Source: Lingula anatina
Taxonomy: Eukaryota > Animalia > Brachiopoda
DNA: 64,000 nucleotides
NCBI GenBank assembly: GCA_051362555.1
Contig: CM120642.1
Span: 22,258,001 to 22,322,000, forward strand
Reading direction: 5' to 3'
The notes under the pieces were generated by a model. That model ran no database searches, was not told the origin of the DNA, and worked only from the letters and a program-made list of their open reading frames with translations. The translations under genes and the position numbers were made by a program. Shown here piece by piece: positions 36,701-51,700 of the stretch (position 1 is its first letter; every line of letters begins with the position of its first letter).

Positions 36701-39700
36701 TTTCACAGATTTTTATCGTTGTTATGCATCATCTGTCCAAATGTCACAAATATTGGACTAGATTTGTAAAAATTATTAACGTTTAACTATTTTAAGGCAT
36801 AGCATTGTCAGTGTTTTCAGTGTCATTTTCAGTTTTCTTTAATTTATATGTTCTGAAAAAATCTTTTTCATTAGACATTGTCAACTGATTTGTTTTTTTT
36901 CAGATTTTTATTGATGTTAAGCATGATTTGTACAAATTTCACAAATATTGGACTAGATTTGTCAAAATTACTAACGTTTAACTATTTGAAGTCATGGACT
37001 TTGACAGTGTTTTCAGTGTTATTTTCAGTTCCAAAAATATCTTCTTTATTAGACACAGTCAACTCTTAAGCTAAACTTTATCAAAGTTATTAATGTTTAA
37101 CTATTTAAGTCTGTGAAATTTGTCCATTTTTAAATTTTAATTTTCACTTTTTTCAAATATATTGTTCTTTTTCCAGGTGACTTTTTCCATACAGCGTGGT
37201 GGGTTTTTTGATGAACTGATTCTTCCTGTCCGGTCATGGCTAATTCCTGTAGAAAAAACAGGCAGTGAAAGACAACAGCAAGAGCAATGGTCTGTCTCAT
37301 CCTTGTGTACAATAGATGGTATGTGGCAAGCTTTAGGACATTGTCAAATGGTGTGCTAAACATGATTCCAGAAACCGATTGTAAGGAGGAATCTGCATCT
37401 GGTATTGGTAGTAAGGAGAAGACTTGAATGGGTATATATTTTTTTTGCAGAGGACAATTACACTTCTATGATACACAGTCAACTGATAAGCTTATCACAG
37501 ATTTTTATTACTGTTCAGCATCATTAGCCCAAATTCCACAAATATTCGACAAGATTTGTCAAAATTATTAACGTTTAACTATTTTATACCATGAAATTTG
37601 GCAGTATTTTTAGTGTTATTTTCAGTTTTTTCAACTTTATTGTCCTAAAAAAAAACTTTTCATTGGACCCAGTCAACTGATGAGCTTATCACAGATTTTT
37701 ATTGATTTTAAGCATCATTTGTACAAATTTCACAAATATTCGACAAGATTTGTCAAAATTATTAACGTTTAACTATTTTATACCATGAAATTTGGCAGTA
37801 TTTTTAGTGTTATTTTCAGTTTTTCAACTTTATTGTCCTAAAAAAATCTTTTTCATTGGACCCAGTCAACTGATGAGCTTATCACAGATTTTTATTGATT
37901 TTAAGCATCATTTGTACAAATTTCACAAATATTGGACTAGATTTGTCAAAATGATTAATATTTAACTATTTGAAGTCATGGACTTTGGCAGTCTTTTCAA
38001 TGTAACATTCAGTTTTCTAAATTATATTGTCCGAAAAAATCATTTTCATGAGACACAGTCAACTGATGAGCTTTTCACAGATTTTTATTGTTGTTATGAA
38101 TGATCTGTCCAAATTTCACAGATATTGTACTAGATTTGTCAAAATTATTAACGTTTAACTATATTAATGCACCAAATTTGGTAGACTTCTCAATGTAATT
38201 TTCAGTTTTCTCAAATTTATATGCTCTGAAAAAATCTTATTCATGAGACACAGTCAACTGATGAGCTTTTCACAGATTTTTACGTTGTTATGCATCATCT
38301 GTCCAAATTTCACAAATATTGGACTAGATTTGTAAAAATTATTAACGTTTAACTATTTTAAGGCATAGCATTGTCAGTGTTTTCAGTGTCATTTTCAGTT
38401 TTCTTTAACTTATATGTTCTGAAAAAATCTTTTTCATTAGACATTGTCAACTGATTTGGTTTTCACAGATTTTTATTGATATTAAGCATGATTCGTACAA
38501 ATTTCACAAATAATGGACTTGATTTGTCAAAATTACTAACGTTTAACTATTTGAAGTCATGGACTTTGACAGTGTTTTCAGTGTTATTTTCAGTTCCAAA
38601 AATATCCTCTTTATTAGACACAGTCAACTCTTAAGCTAAACTTTATCAAAGTTATTAATGTTTAACTATTTAAGTCTGTGAAATTTGTCCATTTTTAAAT
38701 TTTAATTTTCACTTTTTTCAAATATATTGTTCTTTTTCCAGGTGACTTTTTCCATACAGCGTGGTGGGTTTTTTGATGAACTGATTCTTCGTGTCCGGTC
38801 ATGGCTAATTCCTGTAGAAAAAACAGGCAGTGAAAGACAACAGCAAGAGCAATGGTCTGTCTCATCCATGTGTACAATAGATGGTATGTGGCAAGCTTTA
38901 GGACATTGTCAAATGGTGTGCTAAACATGATTCCAGAAACCGATTGTAAGGAGGAATCTGCATCTGGTATTGGTAGTAAGGAGAAGACTTGAATGGGTAT
39001 ATATTTTTTTTGCAGAGGACAATTACACTTCTATGATACACAGTCAAGTGATAAGCATATCACAGATTTTTATTACTGTTCAGCATCATGCCCAAATTCC
39101 ACAAATATTCGACAAGATTTGTCAAAATTATTAACGTTTAACTATTTTATACCATGAAATTTGGCAGTCTTTTTAGTGTTATTTTCAGTTTTTTCAACTT
39201 TATTGTCCTAAAAAAATCTTTTTCATTGGACCCAGTCAACTGATGAGCTTATCACAGATTTTTATTGATCTTAAGCATCATTTGTACAAATTTCACAAAT
39301 ATTCGACAAGATTTGTCAAAATTATTAACGTTTAACTATTTTATACCATGAAATTTGGCAGTATTTTTAGTGTTATTTTCAGTTTTTCAACTTTATTGTC
39401 CTAAAAAAATCTTTTTCCTTGGACCCAGTCAACTGATGAGATTAGCACAGATTTTTATTGATTTTAAGCATCATTTGTACAAATTTCACAAATATTTGAC
39501 AAGATTTGTCAAAATTATTAACGTTTAACTATTTTATACCATGAAATTTGGCAGTAATTTTAGTGTTATTTTCAGTTTTTCAACTTTATTGTCCTAAAAA
39601 AATCTTTTTCATTGCACCCAGTCAACTGATGAGCTTATCACAGATTTTTATTGATTTTAAGCATCATTTGTACAAATTTCACAAATATTGGACTAGATTT

Positions 39701-42700
39701 GTCAAAATGATTAATATTTAACTATTTGAAATCATGGACTTTGGCAGTCTTTTCAATGTAACATTCAGTTTTCTAAATTATATTGTCCGAAAAAATCATT
39801 TTCATGAGACACAGTCAAGTGATGAGCTTTTCACAGATTTTTATTGTTGTTATGAATGATCTGTCCAAATTTCACAGATATTGTACTAGATTTGTCAAAA
39901 TTATTAACGTTTAACTATATTAATGCACCGAATTTGGTAGACTTCTCAATGTAATTTTCAGTTTTCTCAAATTTATATGCTCTGAAAAAATCTTATTCAT
40001 GAGACATAGTCAACTGATGAGCTTTTCACAGATTTTTATCGTTGTTATGCATCATCTGTCCAAATGTCACAAATATTGGACTAGATTTGTAAAAATTATT
40101 AACGTTTAACTATTCTAAGGCATAGCATTGTCAGTGTTTTCAGTGTCATTTTCAGTTTTCTTTAATTTATATGTTCTGAAAAAATCTTTTTCATTAGACA
40201 TTGTCAACTGATTTGGTTTTTTTCAGATTTTTGTTGATGTTAAGCATGATTTGTACAAATTTCACAAATATTGGACTAGATTTGTCAAAATTACTAACGT
40301 TTAACTATTTGAAGTCATGGACTTTGACAGTGTTTTCAGTGTTATTTTCAGTTCCAAAAATATCCTCTTTATTAGACACAGTCAACTCTTAAGCTAAACT
40401 TTATCAAAGTTATTAATGTTTAACTATTTAAGTCTGTGAAATTTGTCCATTTTTAAATTTTAATTTTCACTTTTTTCAAATATATTGTTCTTTTTCCAGG
40501 TGACTTTTTCCATACAGCGTGGTGGGTTTTTTGATGAACTGATTCTTCCTGTCCGGTCATGGCTAATTCCTGTAGAAAAAACAGGCAGTGAAAGACAACA
40601 GCAAGAGCAATGGTCTGTCTCATCCATGTGTACAATAGATGGTATGTGGCAAGCTTTAGGACATTGTCAAATGGTGTGCTAAACATGATTCCAGAAACCG
40701 ATTGTAAGGAGGAATCTGCATCTGGTATTGGTAGTAAGGAGAAGACTTGAATGGGTATATATTTTTTTTGCAGAGGACAATTACACTTCTATGATACACA
40801 GTCAAGTGATAAGCTTATCACAGATTTTTATTACTGTTCAGCATCATTTGCCCAAATTCCACAAATATTCGACAAGATTTGTCAAAATTATTAACGTTTA
40901 ACTATTTTATACCATGAAATTTGGCAGTATTTTTAGTGTTATTTTCAGTTTTTTCAACTTTATTGTCCTAAAAAAAAACTTTTCATTGGACCCAGTCAAC
41001 TGATGAGCTTAGCACAGATTTTTATTGATTTTAAGCATCATTTGTACAAATTTCACAAATATTGGACTAGATTTGTCAAAATGATTAATATTTAACTATT
41101 TGAAGTCATTGACTTTGGCAGTCTTTTCAATGTAACATTCAGTTTTCTAAATTATATTGTCCGAAAAAATCATTTTCATGAGACACAGTCAACTGATGAG
41201 CTTTTCACAGATTTTTATTGTTGTTATGAATGATCTGTCCAAATTTCACAGATATTGTACTAGATTTGTCAAAATTATTAACGTTTAACTATATTAATGC
41301 ACCGAATTTGGTAGACTTCTCAATGTAATTTTCAGTTTTCTCAAATTTATATGCTCTGAAAAAATCTTATTCATGAGACACAGTCAACTGATGAGCTTTT
41401 CACAGATTTTTATCGGTGTTATGCATCATCTGTCCAAATTTCACAAATATTGGACTAGATTTGTAAAAATAATTAACGTTTAACTATTTTAAGGCATAGC
41501 ATTGTCAGTGTTTTCAGTGTCATTTTCAGTTTTCTTTAATTTATATGTTCTGAAAAAATCTTTTTCATTAGACATTGTCAACTGATTTGGTTTTTTTCAG
41601 ATTTTTATTGATGTTAAGCATGATTTGTACAAATTTCACAAATATTGGACTAGATTTGTCAAAATTACTAACGTTTAACTATTTGAAGTCATGGACTTTG
41701 GCAGTCTTTTCAATGTAACATTCAGTTTTCTAAATTATATTGTCCGAAAAAAATCATTTTCATGAGACACAGTCAACTGATGAGCTTTTCACAGATTTTT
41801 ATTGTTGTTATGAATGATCTGTCCAAATTTCACAGATATTGTACTAGATTTGTCAAAATTATTAACGTTTAACTATATTAATGCACCGAATTTGGTAGAC
41901 TTCTCAATGTAATTTTCAGTTTTCTCAAATTTATATGCTCTGAAAAAATCTTATTCATGAGACACAGTCAACTGATGAGCTTTTCACAGATTTTTATCGT
42001 TGTTATGCATCATCTGTCCAAATTTCACAAATATTGAACTAGATTTGTAAAAATTATTAACGTTTAACTATTTTAAGGCATAGCATTGTCAGTGTTTTCA
42101 GTGTCATTTTCAGTTTTCTTTAATTTATATGTTCTGAAAAAATCTTTTTCATTAGACATTGTCAACTGATTTGTTTTTTTTCAGATTTTTATTGATGTTA
42201 AGCATGATTTGTACAAATTTCACAAATATTGGACTAGATTTGTCAAAATTACTAACGTTTAACTATTTGAAGTCATGGACTTTGACAGTGTTTTCAGTGT
42301 TATTTTCAGTTCCAAAAATATCCTCGTTATTAGACACAGTCAACTCTTAAGCTAAACTTTATCAAAGTTATTAATGTTTAACTATTTAAGTCTGTGAAAT
42401 TTGTCCATTTTTAAATTTTAATTTTCACTTTTTTCAAATATATTGTTCTTTTTCCAGGTGACTTTTTCCATACAGCGTGGTGGGTTTTTTGATGAACTGA
42501 TTCTTCCTGTCCGGTCATGGCTAATTCCTGTAGAAAAAACAGGCAGTGAAAGACAACAGCAAGAGCAATGGTCTGTCTCATCCATGTGTACAATAGATGG
42601 TATGTGGCAAGCTTTAGGACATTGTCAAATGGTGTGCTAAACATGATTCCAGAAACCGATTGTAAGGAGGAATCTGCATCTGGTATTGGTAGTAAGGAGA

Positions 42701-45700
42701 AGACTTGAATGGGTATATATTTTTTTTGCAGAGGACAATTACACTTCTATGATACACAGTCAAGTGATAAGCTTATCACAGATTTTTATTACTGTTCAGC
42801 ATCATTTGCCCAAATTCCACAAATATTCGACAAGATTTGTCAAAATTATTAACGTTTAACTATTTTATACCATGAAATTTGGCAGTATTTTTAGTGTTAT
42901 TTTCAGTTTTTTCAACTTTATTGTCCTAAAAAAAAACTTTTCATTGGACCCAGTCAACTGATGAGCTTAGCACAGATTTTTATTGATTTTAAGCATCATT
43001 TGTACAAATTTCACAAATATTCGACAAGATTTGTCAAAATTATTAACGTTTAACTATTTTATACCATGAAATTTGGCAGTATTTTTAGTGTTATTTTCAG
43101 TTTTTCGACTTTATTGTCCTAAAAAAATCTTTTTCATTGGACCCAGTCAACTGATGAGCTTATCACAGATTTTTATTGATTTTAAGCATCATTTGTACAA
43201 ATTTCACAAATATTGGACTAGATTTGTCAAAATGATTAATATTTAACTATTTGAAGTCATGGACTTTGGCAGTCTTTTCAATGTAACATTCAGTTTTCTA
43301 AATTATATTGTCCGAAAAAATCATTTTCATGAGACACAGTCAACTGATGAGCTTTTCACAGATTTTTATTGTTGTTATGAATGATCTGTCCAAATTTCAC
43401 AGATATTGTACTAGATTTGTCAAAATTATTAACGTTTAACTATATTAATGCACCAAATTTGGTAGACTTCTCAATGTAATTTTCAGTTTTCTCAAATTTA
43501 TATGCTCTGAAAAAATCTTATTCATGAGACACAGTCAACTGATGAGCTTTTCACAGATTTTTATCGTTGTTATGCATCATCTGTCCAAATTTCACAAATA
43601 TTGGACTAGATTTGTAAAAATTATTAACGTTTAACTATTTTAAGGCATAGCATTGTCAGTGTTTTCAGTGTCATTTTCAGTTTTCTTTAATTTATATGTT
43701 CTGAAAAAATCTTTTTCATTAGACATTGTCAACTGATTTGGTTTTTTTCAGATTTTTATTGATGTTAAGCATGATTTGTACAAATTTCACAAATATTGGA
43801 CTAGATTTGTCAAAATTACTAACGTTTAACTATTTGAAGTCATGGACTTTGACAGTGTTTTCAGTGTTATTTTCAGTTCCAAAAATATCCTCTTTATTAG
43901 ACACAGTCAACTCTTAAGCTAAACTTTATCAAAGTTATTAATGTTTAACTATTTAAGTCTGTGAAATTTGTCCATTTTTAAATTTTAATTTTCACTTTTT
44001 TCAAATATATTGTTCTTTTTCCAGGTGACTTTTTCCATACAGCGTGGTGGGTTTTTTGATGAACTGATTCTTCCTGTCCGGTCATGGCTAATTCCTGTAG
44101 AAAAAACAGGCAGTGAAAGACAACAGCAAGAGCAATGGTCTGTCTCATCCATGTGTACAATAGATGGTATGTGGCAAGCTTTAGGACATTGTCAAATGGT
44201 GTGCTAAACATGATTCCAGAAACCGATTGTAAGGAGGAATCTGCATCTGGTATTGGTAGTAAGGAGAAGACTTGAATGGGTATATATTTTTTTTGCAGAG
44301 GACAATTACACTTCTATGATACACAGTCAAGTGATAAGCTTATCACAGATTTTTATTACTGTTCAGCATCATTTGCCCAAATTCCACAAATATTCGACAA
44401 GATTTGTCAAAATTATTAACGTTTAACTATTTTATACCATGAAATTTGGCAGTATTTTTAGTGTTATTTTCAGTTTTTTCAACTTTATTGTCCTAAAAAA
44501 AAACTTTTCATTGGACCCAGTCAACTGATGAGCTTAGCACAGATTTTTATTGATTTTAAGCATCATTTGTACAAATTTCACAAATATTCGACAAGATTTG
44601 TCAAAATTATTAACATTTAACTATTTTATACCATGAAATTTGGCAGTATTTTTAGTGTTATTTTCAGTTTTTCAACTTTATTGTCCTAAAAAAATCTTTT
44701 TCATTGGACCCAGTCAACTGATGAGCTTATCACAGATTTTTATTGATTTTAAGCATCATTTGTACAAATTTGACAAATATTGGACTAGATTTGTCAAAAT
44801 GATTAATATTTAACTATTTGAAGTCATGGACTTTGGCAGTCTTTTCAATGTAACATTCAGTTTTCTAAATTATATTGTCCGAAAAAATCATTTTCATGAG
44901 ACACAGTCAACTGATGAGCTTTTCACAGATTTTTATTGTTGTTATGAATGATCTGTCCAAATTTCACAGATATTGTACTAGATTTGTCAAAATTATTAAC
45001 GTTTAACTATATTAATGCACCAAATTTGGTAGACTTCTCAATGTAATTTTCAGTTTTCTCAAATTTATATGCTCTGAAAAAATCTTATTCATGAGACACA
45101 GTCAACTGATGAGCTTTTCACAGATTTTTATCGTTGTTATGCATCATCTGTCCAAATGTCACAAATATTGGACTAGATTTGTAAAAATTATTAACGTTTA
45201 ACTATTCTAAGGCATAGCATTGTCAGTGTTTTCAGTGTCATTTTCAGTTTTCTTTAATTTATATGTTCTGAAAAAATCTTTTTCATTAGACATTGTCAAC
45301 TGATTTGGTTTTTTTCAGATTTTTGTTGATGTTAAGCATGATTTGTACAAATTTCACAAATATTGGACTAGATTTGTCAAAATTACTAACGTTTAACTAT
45401 TTGAAGTCATGGACTTTGACAGTGTTTTCAGTGTTATTTTCAGTTCCAAAAATATCCTCTTTATTAGACACAGTCAACTCTTAAGCTAAACTTTATCAAA
45501 GTTATTAATGTTTAACTATTTAAGTCTGTGAAATTTGTCCATTTTTAAATTTTAATTTTCACTTTTTTCAAATATATTGTTCTTTTTCCAGGTGACTTTT
45601 TCCATACAGCGTGGTGGGTTTTTTGATGAACTGATTCTTCCTGTCCGGTCATGGCTAATTCCTGTAGAAAAAACAGGCAGTGAAAGACAACAGCAAGAGC

Positions 45701-48700
45701 AATGGTCTGTCTCATCCATGTGTACAATAGATGGTATGTGGCAAGCTTTAGGACATTGTCAAATGGTGTGCTAAACATGATTCCAGAAACCGATTGTAAG
45801 GAGGAATCTGCATCTGGTATTGGTAGTAAGGAGAAGACTTGAATGGGTATATATTTTTTTTGCAGAGGACAATTACACTTCTATGATACACAGTCAAGTG
45901 ATAAGCTTATCACAGATTTTTATTACTGTTCAGCATCATTTGCCCAAATTCCACAAATATTCGACAAGATTTGTCAAAATTATTAACGTTTAACTATTTT
46001 ATACCATGAAATTTGGCAGTATTTTTAGTGTTATTTTCAGTTTTTTCAACTTTATTGTCCTAAAAAAAAACTTTTCATTGGACCCAGTCAACTGATGAGC
46101 TTAGCACAGATTTTTATTGATTTTAAGCATCATTTGTACAAATTTCACAAATATTGGACTAGATTTGTCAAAATGATTAATATTTAACTATTTGAAGTCA
46201 TTGACTTTGGCAGTCTTTTCAATGTAACATTCAGTTTTCTAAATTATATTGTCCGAAAAAATCATTTTCATGAGACACAGTCAACTGATGAGCTTTTCAC
46301 AGATTTTTATTGTTGTTATGAATGATCTGTCCAAATTTCACAGATATTGTACTAGATTTGTCAAAATTATTAACGTTTAACTATATTAATGCACCGAATT
46401 TGGTAGACTTCTCAATGTAATTTTCAGTTTTCTCAAATTTATATGCTCTGAAAAAATCTTATTCATGAGACACAGTCAACTGATGAGCTTTTCACAGATT
46501 TTTATCGGTGTTATGCATCATCTGTCCAAATTTCACAAATATTGGACTAGATTTGTAAAAATAATTAACGTTTAACTATTTTAAGGCATAGCATTGTCAG
46601 TGTTTTCAGTGTCATTTTCAGTTTTCTTTAATTTATATGTTCTGAAAAAATCTTTTTCATTAGACATTGTCAACTGATTTGGTTTTTTTCAGATTTTTAT
46701 TGATGTTAAGCATGATTTGTACAAATTTCACAAATATTGGACTAGATTTGTCAAAATTACTAACGTTTAACTATTTGAAGTCATGGACTTTGGCAGTCTT
46801 TTCAATGTAACATTCAGTTTTCTAAATTATATTGTCCGAAAAAAATCATTTTCATGAGACACAGTCAACTGATGAGCTTTTCACAGATTTTTATTGTTGT
46901 TATGAATGATCTGTCCAAATTTCACAGATATTGTACTAGATTTGTCAAAATTATTAACGTTTAACTATATTAATGCACCGAATTTGGTAGACTTCTCAAT
47001 GTAATTTTCAGTTTTCTCAAATTTATATGCTCTGAAAAAATCTTATTCATGAGACACAGTCAACTGATGAGCTTTTCACAGATTTTTATCGTTGTTATGC
47101 ATCATCTGTCCAAATTTCACAAATATTGAACTAGATTTGTAAAAATTATTAACGTTTAACTATTTTAAGGCATAGCATTGTCAGTGTTTTCAGTGTCATT
47201 TTCAGTTTTCTTTAATTTATATGTTCTGAAAAAATCTTTTTCATTAGACATTGTCAACTGATTTGTTTTTTTTCAGATTTTTATTGATGTTAAGCATGAT
47301 TTGTACAAATTTCACAAATATTGGACTAGATTTGTCAAAATTACTAACGTTTAACTATTTGAAGTCATGGACTTTGACAGTGTTTTCAGTGTTATTTTCA
47401 GTTCCAAAAATATCCTCGTTATTAGACACAGTCAACTCTTAAGCTAAACTTTATCAAAGTTATTAATGTTTAACTATTTAAGTCTGTGAAATTTGTCCAT
47501 TTTTAAATTTTAATTTTCACTTTTTTCAAATATATTGTTCTTTTTCCAGGTGACTTTTTCCATACAGCGTGGTGGGTTTTTTGATGAACTGATTCTTCCT
47601 GTCCGGTCATGGCTAATTCCTGTAGAAAAAACAGGCAGTGAAAGACAACAGCAAGAGCAATGGTCTGTCTCATCCATGTGTACAATAGATGGTATGTGGC
47701 AAGCTTTAGGACATTGTCAAATGGTGTGCTAAACATGATTCCAGAAACCGATTGTAAGGAGGAATCTGCATCTGGTATTGGTAGTAAGGAGAAGACTTGA
47801 ATGGGTATATATTTTTTTTGCAGAGGACAATTACACTTCTATGATACACAGTCAAGTGATAAGCTTATCACAGATTTTTATTACTGTTCAGCATCATTTG
47901 CCCAAATTCCACAAATATTCGACAAGATTTGTCAAAATTATTAACGTTTAACTATTTTATACCATGAAATTTGGCAGTATTTTTAGTGTTATTTTCAGTT
48001 TTTTCAACTTTATTGTCCTAAAAAAAAACTTTTCATTGGACCCAGTCAACTGATGAGCTTAGCACAGATTTTTATTGATTTTAAGCATCATTTGTACAAA
48101 TTTCACAAATATTCGACAAGATTTGTCAAAATTATTAACGTTTAACTATTTTATACCATGAAATTTGGCAGTATTTTTAGTGTTATTTTCAGTTTTTCGA
48201 CTTTATTGTCCTAAAAAAATCTTTTTCATTGGACCCAGTCAACTGATGAGCTTATCACAGATTTTTATTGATTTTAAGCATCATTTGTACAAATTTCACA
48301 AATATTGGACTAGATTTGTCAAAATGATTAATATTTAACTATTTGAAGTCATGGACTTTGGCAGTCTTTTCAATGTAACATTCAGTTTTCTAAATTATAT
48401 TGTCCGAAAAAATCATTTTCATGAGACACAGTCAACTGATGAGCTTTTCACAGATTTTTATTGTTGTTATGAATGATCTGTCCAAATTTCACAGATATTG
48501 TACTAGATTTGTCAAAATTATTAACGTTTAACTATATTAATGCACCAAATTTGGTAGACTTCTCAATGTAATTTTCAGTTTTCTCAAATTTATATGCTCT
48601 GAAAAAATCTTATTCATGAGACACAGTCAACTGATGAGCTTTTCACAGATTTTTATCGTTGTTATGCATCATCTGTCCAAATTTCACAAATATTGGACTA

Positions 48701-51700
48701 GATTTGTAAAAATTATTAACGTTTAACTATTTTAAGGCATAGCATTGTCAGTGTTTTCAGTGTCATTTTCAGTTTTCTTTAATTTATATGTTCTGAAAAA
48801 ATCTTTTTCATTAGACATTGTCAACTGATTTGGTTTTTTTCAGATTTTTATTGATGTTAAGCATGATTTGTACAAATTTCACAAATATTGGACTAGATTT
48901 GTCAAAATTACTAACGTTTAACTATTTGAAGTCATGGACTTTGACAGTGTTTTCAGTGTTATTTTCAGTTCCAAAAATATCCTCTTTATTAGACACAGTC
49001 AACTCTTAAGCTAAACTTTATCAAAGTTATTAATGTTTAACTATTTAAGTCTGTGAAATTTGTCCATTTTTAAATTTTAATTTTCACTTTTTTCAAATAT
49101 ATTGTTCTTTTTCCAGGTGACTTTTTCCATACAGCGTGGTGGGTTTTTTGATGAACTGATTCTTCCTGTCCGGTCATGGCTAATTCCTGTAGAAAAAACA
49201 GGCAGTGAAAGACAACAGCAAGAGCAATGGTCTGTCTCATCCATGTGTACAATAGATGGTATGTGGCAAGCTTTAGGACATTGTCAAATGGTGTGCTAAA
49301 CATGATTCCAGAAACCGATTGTAAGGAGGAATCTGCATCTGGTATTGGTAGTAAGGAGAAGACTTGAATGGGTATATATTTTTTTTGCAGAGGACAATTA
49401 CACTTCTATGATACACAGTCAAGTGATAAGCTTATCACAGATTTTTATTACTGTTCAGCATCATTTGCCCAAATTCCACAAATATTCGACAAGATTTGTC
49501 AAAATTATTAACGTTTAACTATTTTATACCATGAAATTTGGCAGTATTTTTAGTGTTATTTTCAGTTTTTTCAACTTTATTGTCCTAAAAAAAAACTTTT
49601 CATTGGACCCAGTCAACTGATGAGCTTAGCACAGATTTTTATTGATTTTAAGCATCATTTGTACAAATTTCACAAATATTCGACAAGATTTGTCAAAATT
49701 ATTAACATTTAACTATTTTATACCATGAAATTTGGCAGTATTTTTAGTGTTATTTTCAGTTTTTCAACTTTATTGTCCTAAAAAAATCTTTTTCATTGGA
49801 CCCAGTCAACTGATGAGCTTATCACAGATTTTTATTGATTTTAAGCATCATTTGTACAAATTTCACAAATATTGGACTAGATTTGTCAAAATGATTAATA
49901 TTTAACTATTTGAAGTCATGGACTTTGGCAGTCTTTTCAATGTAACATTCAGTTTTCTAAATTATATTGTCCGAAAAAATCATTTTCATGAGACACAGTC
50001 AACTGATGAGCTTTTCACAGATTTTTATTGTTGTTATGAATGATCTGTCCAAATTTCACAGATATTGTACTAGATTTGTCAAAATTATTAACGTTTAACT
50101 ATATTAATGCACCAAATTTGGTAGACTTCTCAATGTAATTTTCAGTTTTCTCAAATTTATATGCTCTGAAAAAATCTTATTCATGAGACACAGTCAACTG
50201 ATGAGCTTTTCACAGATTTTTATCGTTGTTATGCATCATCTGTCCAAATTTCACAAATATTGGACTAGATTTGTAAAAATTATTAACGTTTAACTATTTT
50301 AAGGCATAGCATTGTCAGTGTTTTCAGTGTCATTTTCAGTTTTCTTTAATTTATATGTTCTGAAAAAATCTTTTTCATTAGACATTGTCAACTGATTTGG
50401 TTTTTTTCAGATTTTTATTGATGTTAAGCATGATTTGTACAAATTTCACAAATATTGGACTAGATTTGTCAAAATTACTAACGTTTAACTATTTGAAGTC
50501 ATGGACTTTGACAGTGTTTTCAGTGTTATTTTCAGTTCCAAAAATATCCTCTTTATTAGACACAGTCAACTCTTAAGCTAAACTTTATCAAAGTTATTAA
50601 TGTTTAACTATTTAAGTCTGTGAAATTTGTCCATTTTTAAATTTTAATTTTCACTTTTTTCAAATATATTGTTCTTTTTCCAGGTGACTTTTTCCATACA
50701 GCGTGGTGGGTTTTTTGATGAACTGATTCTTCCTGTCCGGTCATGGCTAATTCCTGTAGAAAAAACAGGCAGTGAAAGACAACAGCAAGAGCAATGGTCT
50801 GTCTCATCCATGTGTACAATAGATGGTATGTGGCAAGCTTTAGGACATTGTCAAATGGTGTGCTAAACATGATTCCAGAAACCGATTGTAAGGAGGAATC
50901 TGCATCTGGTATTGGTAGTAAGGAGAAGACTTGAATGGGTATATATTTTTTTTGCAGAGGACAATTACACTTCTATGATACACAGTCAAGTGATAAGCTT
51001 ATCACAGATTTTTATTACTGTTCAGCATCATTTGCCCAAATTCCACAAATATTCGACAAGATTTGTCAAAATTATTAACGTTTAACTATTTTATACCATG
51101 AAATTTGGCAGTATTTTTAGTGTTATTTTCAGTTTTTTCAACTTTATTGTCCTAAAAAAAACTTTTCATTGGACCCAGTCAACTGATGAGCTTAGCACAG
51201 ATTTTTATTGATTTTAAGCATCTTTTGTACAAATTTCACAAATATTCGACAAGATTTGTCAAAATTATTAACATTTAACTATTTTATACCATGAAATTTG
51301 GCAGTATTTTTAGTGTTATTTTCAGTTTTTCAACTTTATTGTCCTAAAAAAATCTTTTTCATTGGACCCAGTCAACTGATGAGCTTATCACAGATTTTTA
51401 TTGATTTTAAGCATCATTTGTACAAATTTCACAAATATTGGACTAGATTTGTCAAAATGATTAATATTTAACTATTTGAAGTCATGGACTTTGGCAGTCT
51501 TTTCAATGTAACATTCAGTTTTCTAAATTATATTGTCCGAAAAAATCATTTTCATGAGACACAGTCAACTGATGAGCTTTTCACAGATTTTTATTGTTGT
51601 TATGAATGATCTGTCCAAATTTCACAGATATTGTACTAGATTTGTCAAAATTATTAACGTTTAACTATATTAATGCACCGAATTTGGTAGACTTCTCAAT

